Source: Geosiphon pyriformis uo1 (Eukaryota; Fungi; Glomeromycota). From it: DNA of 64,000 nt. This document shows positions 1-10,890 of the stretch, piece after piece. The stretch lies in the NCBI GenBank assembly GCA_016748015.1, contig JAAOMT010000661.1, positions 126,411 to 190,410 of the forward strand, written 5' to 3'. The position numbers and the translations under genes are program-made. Positions within the stretch are counted from its first letter, which is position 1; each line of letters opens with the position of its first letter. The notes beneath the pieces are model-generated. The model had not been told where the DNA came from. It saw only the letters and a list, made by a program, of their open reading frames with translations, and did no database searches.

Positions 1-518
1 CAAATGCCTTTTTTGTTTATTCAAAGGTTTTCAGAAATCATATAAAGACAAATACTAATTTCTCTAAAATGCCTATACAATCAAAAATTGTCGCGAGGCT
101 TTGGAAACAAGAGCCAGATTATGTAAAATTAAAATATAAACAACTTGCCAATGAAGCAAAAAATCAATTTCGCAAATATTCGGAATCTTCTCATCCTCTA
201 CAAAATATTTTTCATTATGTGCCCCCTCGTCCTGCTGTAAATAATGTGACTTCTGAAAACAGTCATTCGCAAGAAAATATTTCAACTTCCATAGAACCAA
301 TCCAGAACCCAGTTAGCATTCAGACATCCCCTCTGGTTCAGCCTAATGAAATTCTCCCTCAAACTAATCAAATTAATACACCATACCTATATTTTTTATA
401 TGAACCTTTATATTTACAATTTATTTCAAACCAGCACCCCTATTTTACCTTCTATACATCTTCGAATGCTCCTGAACCCGATCAAAATCAACCCGAAGGG
501 TTTGAACCTTTTTCTTAG
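1..518 (+). CDS. MATA-type HMG-box transcription factor, 5' truncated by window edge
   Basis: Frame of ORF 69..518 is open from base 3: NAFFVYSKVFR...IVARLWKQEPDYVKLKYKQLANEAK, a canonical HMG box (NAF..Y, W..EP..VK..Y..LA), followed by a P/Q/N/S-rich tail. Confidence 0.85.
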   Translation, partial: NAFFVYSKVFRNHIKTNTNFSKMPIQSKIVARLWKQEPDYVKLKYKQLANEAKNQFRKYSESSHPLQNIFHYVPPRPAVNNVTSENSHSQENISTSIEPIQNPVSIQTSPLVQPNEILPQTNQINTPYLYFLYEPLYLQFISNQHPYFTFYTSSNAPEPDQNQPEGFEPFS

Positions 519-2355
519 AATAGTCGTGGAAATTAAGAATCCTACTTTTGACGCAATTTCTGCGAGATAGTTTTTGAAAAATAGTATTTATAATCGATCT
601 GCTTTAAATTTTAAATTATTTTATTTTAAAAGAAAAATTTCAAGCTTTTCGGATTTTTCATGATATTAATTTGTTTGACACAAAAAATTTTCAAACCATT
701 TATCTTAAATCTATTATATAATTTAGAGGCTGAAAAATTTTGAGAGTCTAAAAATTTAGGTCTTTTATTTGCGAGTTTATATTGGGTTTATGAAATATCT
801 CGTTCAAATTGTATTCAAAAATATTATTTTTATAATTAACTTTTATGTTTTGGATAATTTTTTATGCATATTAATTGTGTAATCAGAAATTTCATTCATT
901 ATTTTTTTTTAAAAATTTATTGCTTCATATTAAAAAAATAAATTTTGTCTAATTTTGATCTTTCTCATTAATTTATATAAAAATATTTTCTTCAGCATTG
1001 AGCTTTGAAGGATTTCAAAAAATAAAATAAATTTATACTTCTTGCAAGAAAATTGTTCGAATGTGTTACCGAGTCTCGTTCATCTGGCTAGATCATCTCT
1101 GTGACGGCAAGGAGTAAAATCAATTTTTCCACTAATGAGACAGGCAAAGATTTCTTTAGAAACTAAAACTAGAGAATTGCATGCAGAAAATCAAACTCTG
1201 ATCGCATGTTGGAAATTCATAGAAAATGTCCATAATAGTTAGATTATAATTATTAAACTAGTAATTTTCTAATGAATTTCCTCAGCCCACAATGGAATTT
1301 TTTGTAAAACCTGAAACCTAAGATCCTAAGATTTTCGCCGGGAAAAATATGTTATGAATGAAGGAAGTTGAAATTTCGAAAATAAATTACAATGCAATTA
1401 TTCCAAAAATTTATTTTTTGATTTATTTTTAATTTTGACTAAGCAACTTGCAACAAACCTAAGACATTAAACTTTTCGGTAGAGAAAATCCCAAAACCTT
1501 ATTTTCTTAAAAAGCTCTGAACCTTGTAAATAAGCTCTCAAAAATTAGATCTATTTCTTTCAAATGTCAATCGTCATAAATTGAGAAAAGGATTTTACGG
1601 AAAAGTTTACTTTACTTAAAACAGTGTGAAGAAGGACATGATTTTGTCTTGTTTATTTATGTAAAGTAAAAAAAAAAAAAGAAATTAACTCAATATAATT
1701 TTAATCTTCAAATATTGTAGCAAATAAATTAATCGTTCAGAAAAGGAATTGTGAAAATTTTTAATTGTCAATTTTTTTTATTTTATGCTAAATGCAATTT
1801 AAATTGAAATATTTGGGATTGGTAAAAAAAAAGTTTGCGTAGTGAAAGAGACTTAAGTTCAACAAATTATGTAGACCCAACTCAAAATTCAAATTGTAAA
1901 AATTATTTGAGCACATAAGTCAACATAAAAACATTACTTCGTAGTATAATCGATTGGATGAAATATTCTCTTAACAATATCAAGAGGGCTAAATCATATT
2001 TTTTCAATTTCTAATTTTAATGGTTCAAAATTATACTTGAAAGTGGATGACAATTTTTTAAATCTTGAAGCGCAAGCTGAATTTTAACAATGAAATTTTC
2101 ATATTACTTGGTTTCAAAGGAAGATAAATTTACATAGTTCAGTTTTCCAGAATTCATGAATCAGTTCATATTGTTGATAGAAGCTTTCATTTGTTCAATG
2201 ATGAGCCGTGAATCCAGGAAAACATTAGTAGGGAAAATATTCAATGAACAATATAAAAAGAAACCTTGGCCAGAGAAATTAAAAAAGTGTAGGTATCGTC
2301 ACCCTTATAATTATCAAGTGAAGAATATATACACACCAGATCTCTTAAGGCAACT

Positions 2356-3459
2356 TTAGGAGAATTGTGGGAAGAAACCGGCGACGTACGCTTGTGGATC
2401 CACCCTAATGTAAATTTCGTCATCATGGATTTCAGATAGGCCATGGACTTGACTCCTTAAGTGAGCATACATATCATCGTAGCAACACAATTCCCTTTCA
2501 TCTGCCTGACATAGACGACATTGAAATATCTGACGATCTCTCATTCGAAAAATAATAGCCTCCTTTACAGTCAAGAATAGAGCTGGTTCTTTTTGAACTT
2601 CTAAAGCTTCTCGACCCAAAAGAGGAAGCAGTTTATTGAGAAGAAATTTATCCTCCCAAATTGCCAGTGGATCACCTTTGCTGGAAGGTAAATTACGAAA
2701 GGAAGGACATCGTGAAAGCAAGAATTCTCGAGGTTCATAAAATAATTCTGACAATTCCGGAACAAGACGCCCTGTTTCATCGGGATAAATTCGTGTGACA
2801 GTGATAGTTTGAATGCTGGTTTGTCCTTGATGTCTCTCTTGGGTTGCCACCATAAAGGGCATTACATCCGACTTTGAGGCAAAAGAGTCCAAAGTGAGTG
2901 CTAGAGAAATTTCCGAATTTGTAGGAAATGCTGGAATCGGCCACAAAAGGCGAATCCATGAAATTATTTGTAATCTTTTTCTCCGTGTAACTTCTTGAAA
3001 GACATACTTTTCTTGATCCGATATAGGATATGGTTCAAAGTTTAGAGAGGACATAGAGCTTGTGTTAGACATTACTTCATCAGAATTTGTTGAGGATACA
3101 GTGAAAGAATTTGTGCAAGTTGGATCTGCACCCTTCTTCTCTTTGAGATTGGTTTCATTTTCATTTCGAGATACAGGAGCAATAGTGACATTTTGTTCCA
3201 CACCTTTAATTTGTTGTTTTTGGTCTTCTTTGTTATCATCCCTTGCGAGTAAAACCTTCTTACTTGGCTGTGAAGATGATTCAAGTTTCTTCGCTTTGCT
3301 CATTAAATCTTTGAGACTAATAAAAATTTTATCAGGCATAGTTTCCATGCTTGAATCACTTGAAAAAGATTCAGAGTCTTCGTCGTTAATTTTGATATTC
3401 AAAGCTGTTATGGAATCGGAAATTGGGGTTTCGGCGGAGATTGGATGAAAATTTGACAT
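2356..3459 (-). CDS. Uncharacterised protein with C-terminal C2H2-like zinc finger (paralogue A)
   Basis: 367-aa intronless ORF with a disordered S-rich N-terminus and FQCRLC...AHLRSQVH near the C-terminus. Aligns without gaps to ORF 3989..4705. Confidence 0.8.
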   Translation of the reverse strand: MSNFHPISAETPISDSITALNIKINDEDSESFSSDSSMETMPDKIFISLKDLMSKAKKLESSSQPSKKVLLARDDNKEDQKQQIKGVEQNVTIAPVSRNENETNLKEKKGADPTCTNSFTVSSTNSDEVMSNTSSMSSLNFEPYPISDQEKYVFQEVTRRKRLQIISWIRLLWPIPAFPTNSEISLALTLDSFASKSDVMPFMVATQERHQGQTSIQTITVTRIYPDETGRLVPELSELFYEPREFLLSRCPSFRNLPSSKGDPLAIWEDKFLLNKLLPLLGREALEVQKEPALFLTVKEAIIFRMRDRQIFQCRLCQADERELCCYDDMYAHLRSQVHGLSEIHDDEIYIRVDPQAYVAGFFPQFS

Positions 3460-3988
3460 TGTTTACCTATTCAAATTCTGAAATTTCCCAAATAGTTTTG
3501 GTTTCAAGTGGATGGATAGTACGAAAAGACAAATATTTATTCTTTACATTAACATACATAAATTTAATTAGTTTTCCTCTTAATATGACTGTGTAACGCT
3601 GAAATTATAAAACCATTTTAATATTCATATTGTCGAGCTGACAGGAAATTTTCAAAGGATCATTTAAAACATGAAGATTTGCCTTTGTCACAATGGACAG
3701 AGTGAAACAAAATTCATTAGCGGTTTTAGAATAACATGATTATAAAAGATTTCGGCTAATAAAGTTTAGCCGAAACAGTAATTGAACAATATCAATCACA
3801 TGTATCTTGATAACAAAAAAAAGCCGATCATTTCTTCAGAATGATGAAACCCATAATAGCAATATTTTAATTTTAAAAAAAACATTAATTTTTACCCCCA
3901 AAAATTGTATTTTATTTAAAAATTTGTCGTCGATGACTTGAAATATTTGTTTATTTTGAGGTCTCTATTTTAGGTAAAATATCTCGAT

Positions 3989-4705
3989 TTAATCGTCTTT
4001 AATAATTTTCCACTTGGTTGAGCTTGGATAAAAGGACATAAGATATGCTTTTGGATTGACCAAAATAAAAATTTCATCATCATGTATTAGACTAACGTTA
4101 TGCTTGCTACTCTTCAAGTGTTCAATTATTGCACTATATCGATAAAGTTTGTCGCATGAGTTTTTGCATAATTGACATTTAAATATCAATTCGTCCTTCT
4201 TTCCTCGCAATAAAGCTTCCTTAACAGTCAAAAAGATAGCAGGTAATTCTTGAATCGACAAAGCTTCCTGACTGAGACGTGGCAATAGTTTATTGAGCAG
4301 AAAAGAGTCATCCCAAGGCAAAAAGGGATCATTCTTAAAGGCAGGTGGTTTTTGGAAAGAGTTACATTGAGATACAAGGAATTCACGTGGACCATAAGTA
4401 AATTCACCAATTCGGTATATAGGAATTCCATTTTCGTTTGATGATTCTTTTATTACGTTATACGTATGGATTGCATAGCCGCCAAGATATGCTTCTTTTT
4501 GTGCCACGATTGAAGGACGAGTTTGGCCATATTTGAGCAGTAATTCCTTTGTCAATTCTCGCGCAAGTTCAGAATTGGTTTTAAAATTCGGATAAGGCCA
4601 CAGTAATCGAATCCAAGCTAAAATTTGAACCCGTTTTTGCTGATAAATCTGAACCAAATTTACTTTGTTCTCTATGAGTACTTCTTTGGAAGTCTTTTTA
4701 TTCAT
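3989..4705 (-). CDS. Uncharacterised protein with C-terminal C2H2-like zinc finger (paralogue B)
   Basis: 238-aa ORF with FKCQLC...EHLKSSKH. Shares WIRLLWP, TNSE, PREFL, FLLNKLLP, FLTVKEA and IHDDEI with paralogue A. Confidence 0.8.
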   Translation of the reverse strand: MNKKTSKEVLIENKVNLVQIYQQKRVQILAWIRLLWPYPNFKTNSELARELTKELLLKYGQTRPSIVAQKEAYLGGYAIHTYNVIKESSNENGIPIYRIGEFTYGPREFLVSQCNSFQKPPAFKNDPFLPWDDSFLLNKLLPRLSQEALSIQELPAIFLTVKEALLRGKKDELIFKCQLCKNSCDKLYRYSAIIEHLKSSKHNVSLIHDDEIFILVNPKAYLMSFYPSSTKWKIIKDD

Positions 4706-5879
4706 AATAGAATAATTTTATTTCCTATATTTATAAAAGAATAAGTTTCAATAAAGCCTAAAAGGCAAGAGTAAATTCAGAATATATAAAAGTTTCCCTC
4801 ATACCATCTAATGATGTTTCGCTTGCCCCACTTGTAGTCAATTTATAATTTAATAGAAAGAATGGGAAAGTCCAAAGATTCTAATTTTTTGAAAGAGTTC
4901 TAGTAAAATTGGTTATCCAAGAGTAGCATAATAATAACAAAAGCTAGAAATTATGGAGAGATTCAGTTTTTATATGCGAAATATTTCCACGCTGGAAAGC
5001 CTTTGTGAGTATGACGCATATACAATTGCTTATCTTATCAAGTAACAGTGGATTTTCCTATAGCTGAAATGCCAATATTAAGAGCTGATTTTTTTCATTT
5101 TTAAATTTAAATAGCAATTTTTTTTGTGCAACTTTCTGTTGCATGGTTGTACAAACAAAGTAAAACAGTGATCATTTTCAAAAATTCGGCAAGTCAATAT
5201 ATATGAAAATCAAATCAAAAAGTTGCTCACCTCTTTTTGATCCAAATAATTTTAGGGAAGTTTGTATTAATGCATAAACTTGATTTAGCTATAATTTTAC
5301 AGAGTCTGTGGAGATATCAAACTTTTAAATTTTAAAATGCTTTAATTATAAAGCTTTTGAATATGAAACCAATTTAAGCGAAATTTTTGCTGTGAAGGAA
5401 AACTCATAATTTAGATTGTAAATTTGACTTGGATTCCTGTTGTTCCAGATTTATTCTTTAAAGGAAAAAAGTTGAAAATTACGAATTGTTTTAATCTAAA
5501 ACTAAAATTTAAACGATAGTTTGAGTTCGGGCCAATTTTAAAGTGTTTGACAGTGCATTTAGAAATGAATATTATACAGATGGATTGAATCAAAAAGAAA
5601 TGGCCAGAGAAAAATTTCCCACATAGTCAAGTTAATGCGATAGACAACCCACTACCAATTCGCATTCTGTAGCATGGAAATGAAACATATGCCTGTAAAA
5701 ATTTTCGTGTTTGATTGCTATTATTTTTCTAATACTTTCAGTGTGAATGTCAAGAAGCACAACGCCAAACCCTATTACATTGTGGAACGAAGGTGTGCGG
5801 AATGCAAAAGCAATACAGACTGGGAAAAATATCCTCCTCTCTATGATACATTATAACCTCAAAAAACTTGAAAAAAAGG

Positions 5880-6570
5880 AATAGTGAAACATATAGGTGC
5901 TGGAGAGCGACCAAAAAAGATGAAGGAAAGGCTTCGCGAGCGCTAGGACAATAAATTCTTCTAATTCGACAAGAATTTTGGCAACAAAGTTGTCAAAAAT
6001 GGGTATAGAGGTATATGCTATAAAAAAATGGAAAGCATTTAGTAATTCTTGGATATAAAAAAGACCTTCCTTTAGCAACACCAATGCTTATAAAGAAAAG
6101 TGCGTAGAATGAGCCCATAAACATTTGAACAACGATTGGAATCGGACCATTTTTACTAATGAAGCAGCTTTTTGTCTCTTTAGGGTTAAACACGGTAGGA
6201 ACACTGGTATAGAGGTTTTAAACCAACTCTCGCCCTACCAAAAGATCGAAGAAAATCTTTGCTTGGAGTGGTTTCTATAAGGAAGGTAAAACAAGTTTAT
6301 TCTGTTTTCCTAGAATAATGAATGTCGAATTTATTTAGAAATTCTTCATACCTATTTACCTGAGATGAGACGAAAGCTGGGAAAAATAGGTGGCGGTTCC
6401 AACAAGACAATGATAAAAAACATAAAAGTCAGATTACTCAAGAATTTCTTACCGCCAATATGCCCAAAGTTATAGACTGGCCCGCCAACAGTCCTGATTT
6501 AAATCCTATGGGAATATTGTTAAGAGTAATGTGGAAAAAAGAATACCCAAAAATTTAGAATTAGAATAAT
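5880..6570 (+). pseudogene. Degenerate Tc1/IS630-type transposase
   Basis: Broken frames read DWNRTIFTNEAAF (~6133), WRFQQDNDKKHKS (~6391) and VIDWPANSPDLNP (~6469), which are the Tc1 DDE motifs, with stops and frameshifts. Confidence 0.8.
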
Positions 6571-8984
6571 TTATATTCCCGAATATTACTTAATTGGGAT
6601 TAGTCCGATCGATGAAGCGGCAGTGTGAGCTCGTGATTGAAATGAATGATGATCGTATATCTTATATGATTTTATGCATTTAATTAAGAATTGATTAATT
6701 CCAAAAAAGATACTAAATGACAGTAATTTTTTGGAAATTTCGAGAGCTTGTTGCAATTTCACTTTTGTGATTGAAAAAAAATAGGACATGAATGACTAAG
6801 TAATTGAGACTGCAAAAAATAAGAAGATATAATAACTTTAGTGATTATTAAATTATTATATCCTTTACATATGCAAATAATGAAAGTTTGTCATATTGGG
6901 AAGTCTTTTCGTTATTAAAATGAAACCGAACCAAATTTTTAAAAAAGATGAACCTTGTTATGCCATATAATTTTCCTATAATGGACCAAAAATTTCTGTT
7001 TTTTAATTCACCTACCGCGCATCATTCATTCATTAAATAGAGTTCAGAATACGCCAAATGTGTTGCACAAAGTTTCTAACAATATAGTTAATTAATGGGA
7101 TTACCTGAGTACCAATTAAACTTTCACTTAATGATTTCCTACGTGTGAATTTAAACTTTAATTTTGTCACAATGCAATTCTAATTTCCTTTTTCTTAATT
7201 AGAATGGCAAGTGTTCAAAAAATAAAATAAAATACATAAACTGAATCAAATGGGTTTTTCCTGGGGTTCATTTGTTTATTATTCGGAGTTTCTAAATCTA
7301 AATTAAAAATTCTCCGTGATGACGCAAAAAGCATAACTGAGACAAACAATATGACTATTAATTATGACTTAATTTAATTTAAGGGTTGCAATTCCCCAAA
7401 TCTAAGATTGGCACTTTTCTAAATTAAACGCATTGTGAAAAAAAAAGATTTTAACAAAATATTTTTCCAAAGGTAGTGTTAAACTCTCTTCAATATTATT
7501 ATTATTATTATTATTATTATTCTTTTCGCATTTGACACTAAAAAATTTTAAGGCATGTATAGTTATTCAAAACGTAACACTTTTTTCCAAAATTTATATT
7601 CGATTTTATGTATCACCAAGGATTCTCACAATTCTTGATGACGTTATATATACCATTTATAATTTTTATTCCACAGCAAGAGAACCAAATTTAAGTTTTA
7701 AGAGGAATTCTCTTCTCAAGCATATCAAAAGTTAAATATATTTTTCAAGTAGCATTTCAATAGTTTAGTATATATGAAAACCTTTTTGCATATATTATAA
7801 AAGATAACTTTTAAAAAATTTCAAATTATAGTCTAATTAAAGATAATCAAAAGTATTCTGAATTGATATAGTGACAATATGAATTTAACAAGAATGAGGA
7901 AACAAATTGGCCTCTAGATTTTACCACTTCTAGGAAAGCAGAACCACCATACAACACTGTTTCTTTACAAAACTTTTAATTCCCAAATTTTTTAAATTTG
8001 TTTCTCCTAATATTTTAGAAACTCAAAAGAATTCTTTACCCTTGATAATAATAAAAATATTGATATAATTTCTTAGTAAAAAAAATTAAATTTATTTTTG
8101 AATAGATTCAGATTTATTCAATCGAAAACTAAAATAAAAATATTTTAAGCAAAAAAACTAAATTAGTTAGTAATAAAATGATTAACTTACAATTAAAGCA
8201 AATTTGATTGGTCTTCCTCTTTAATGAGAATTCTAAAATTATAATTCGAAACCTGTTTTATTTAGTTTATCATCTATTTGAATGTTCAGTGCCTGTATCT
8301 GGCCATTTTTGTACCTAGGTACCAGATTATCATTATTGAACTGTAATGCTCATATACAAATTATTTTAAATTGGTAATTTGGATATAGTCTCATTTATTC
8401 AGTGTCAATGGGCTACTAAGTTAATGAAAATGATGACAAAATTAATATAATGACTATTGCTTGTAAGGGAGGCTCTCATTGGTAGAGACCCATAGATAAA
8501 ATATAAAAAAAAGTTGCCTTTTGTTAAGAAAGATGACCGACTACGTTTGTTAATAAATAATCTACATTCAACCATTGCCTAAAAAGGTCCCATAGAGGGT
8601 TTCACAAATGTCAAATACCGACTATTTTTGAAAGTTTATGCAGGGAAACTAAACCTAGTTTCCAAATTTCCAGGGACTATTACCACGCGATTTCCCATTT
8701 GCATTAGAAAAAATTAAGATTTACAAATACCCCTTTTATTTTTGAAATAAATTTTTTTGAACCAATTAAAAAATATATATTCATCCAAAATATCAAGGGG
8801 GAATTTTGTGAAATTTCAAACATGAATAAATATGAGGCTTTATTTCAGTTTGAAATAAATGATTTAAAGCATCCCACCCTTTAATAATAAAATTACCGAC
8901 TTTTCTTCTTTCTTTTATTTCACCTGATATTGAATAAAATTACTTAATACATACCTACTCTTTGTTAAAACCCTCTAATCAAGA

Positions 8985-10136
8985 ATGAAATCTAGATCAT
9001 TGGAAATTTTGAAAAATCATAGCTGTGTTTTAGTAAAGCAAACATGTAATGGTTTATTTTCAATCACAATTAACATCAAGATCGGATCAAAACCTATACT
9101 ACTTGAAGCAGAAATCTTCAACATCTCAAAATTTGTGTCGCGATGTCAAACAAAAATTAGTCCCAATTCTTTCCTTCTTTATCGTATGGTCGTCCAAGAG
9201 GCTGTTAATCTGTCAGGGTATTGCATTGAAAGGAAAGAGGTTTCCCAAATCGCGAAAGAAACCTGGAAAAATTCTGATTGGCTCAAATCACATTTTAAGT
9301 CGGTGTTCATGAAGGTTAAGGAGGCTTTGAAGACAGATCCGAGTCGTTTTATCGCCGAAAATCCTATTGATGGAAGTAGAACAGTAATTGAAAAAAGTAC
9401 CCTTTCTCATGATGCTTCATCAATTGAAAGTATAAATAGTCAATATCTTGTGCCCGACTTCATAATTTCTCAAAGCGAAAATTCTTTGAATTGTCCATCA
9501 AACCAGTTTTTCAGCCCACCCTACACCCCAAATTCTTTTGACTCGAAAACTTCTTTGATTGTACCCACGGAAGAATTTTTGAATATGCCCATGTATTGCA
9601 TTGAAAGGAAAGAGGTTTCCCAAATCGCGAAAGAAACCTGGAAAAATTCTTATCGGCTCAAACCACATTTTAAGTCGGTGTTCATGAAGGTTAAGGAGGC
9701 TTTGAAGACAGATCCGAGTCGTTTTATCGCCGAAAATCCTATTGATGGAAGTAGAACAGTAATTGAAAAAAGTACCCTTTCTCATGATGCTTCATCAATT
9801 GAAAGTATAAATAGTCAATATTTTGTGCCCGACTTCATAATTTCTCAAAGCGAAAATTCTTTGAATTGTCCATCAAACCAGTTTTTCAGCCCACCCTACA
9901 CCCCAAATTCTTTTGACTCGAAAACTTCTTTGATTGTACCCACGGAAGAATTTTCGAATATGCCCATGGAAGAATTTGTTCAAATTCCCAATCAAGCTTT
10001 GCAGTTATATCCAAAATTTTTTACTCTAAAAAATCCTATCTATGGGAATAAACTAGTAATTGACACTGAAATTATTTGTTCTCCGCCCGTTATACCATCA
10101 CAAAAGGAATCTCAGCACTTTCATCCTATTTATTAA
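8985..10136 (+). CDS. Divergent HMG-box protein with in-frame internal duplication
   Basis: SPNSFLLYR...EVSQIAKETWKN is HMG-like, and a 125-aa block is repeated twice. Confidence 0.75.
   Translation: MKSRSLEILKNHSCVLVKQTCNGLFSITINIKIGSKPILLEAEIFNISKFVSRCQTKISPNSFLLYRMVVQEAVNLSGYCIERKEVSQIAKETWKNSDWLKSHFKSVFMKVKEALKTDPSRFIAENPIDGSRTVIEKSTLSHDASSIESINSQYLVPDFIISQSENSLNCPSNQFFSPPYTPNSFDSKTSLIVPTEEFLNMPMYCIERKEVSQIAKETWKNSYRLKPHFKSVFMKVKEALKTDPSRFIAENPIDGSRTVIEKSTLSHDASSIESINSQYFVPDFIISQSENSLNCPSNQFFSPPYTPNSFDSKTSLIVPTEEFSNMPMEEFVQIPNQALQLYPKFFTLKNPIYGNKLVIDTEIICSPPVIPSQKESQHFHPIY
9219..9968 (+). repeat. Tandem duplication, 2 x 375 bp, inside HMG CDS
   Basis: 9219-9593 and 9594-9968 both start TATTGCATTGAAAGGAAAGAGG and end GAATATGCCCATG. 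About five substitutions seen. Confidence 0.95.
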
Positions 10137-10890
10137 ATTAATTAATTAATTAATTAATTAATTAAAACTAGATTACTTCATTTTAATCCCATAAATCACT
10201 AAGAACCTCTCAATTATAGAAATAAACTTTAGAATTATTAATTATGTAAATTTAAAGATAATTTTTAGAATTCATGAGAAAATTATAGGGCTATAGAGTA
10301 TATATATTTTTTACTTATTATATTCGGTGTGAAAATTTCAATCAAAATTGAACTCTAATGGTTCAAATTAACATAAAGTATATATTTTAATTTCTATTTG
10401 AATTATTAAAAATTCTCACGTAAGACCATAGAAAAAAATATTTATTAAACTAATGCTATAATAAAAATTTAAACAAATAAACTATTTAAGTAAATGCTTG
10501 CATTTTTGTTATAAAGTATTTTCGTGGAGGATAAGGTTTTAATGCACGATATAAGCAAGCCGCATTTTATGATTTACTACTTTCGGCAATTATAGTTTGA
10601 GCTCTTAGTTATTCCCAAAAATGTATGCATTTAATTAGAGTGATTTAATTGAGACCAATTACGGACATGGGGAATTTCTCAAGCTATTATGCATTTTATC
10701 ATAATCAAATGATTATTTGGGGCTATGATACAGTTCTCAGTCTGTCATCTCTTTAGATTGGAAATGCCTCATATATTTTATCGGTTGACCACTATATTTA
10801 AGCACGCATTTCAGTTATTAGCATCCTCTATAATCAAAAGCTCACTTCAAAAAATAAGCCTTTAGATTTCTTATTCTCGGCTTTTGCTCT

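Noticed and set aside
3062-3448. Antisense ORFs over real genes (also 9498, 19622, 24060, 45677 etc.)
   Set aside because: Shadow frames of better-supported CDSs.
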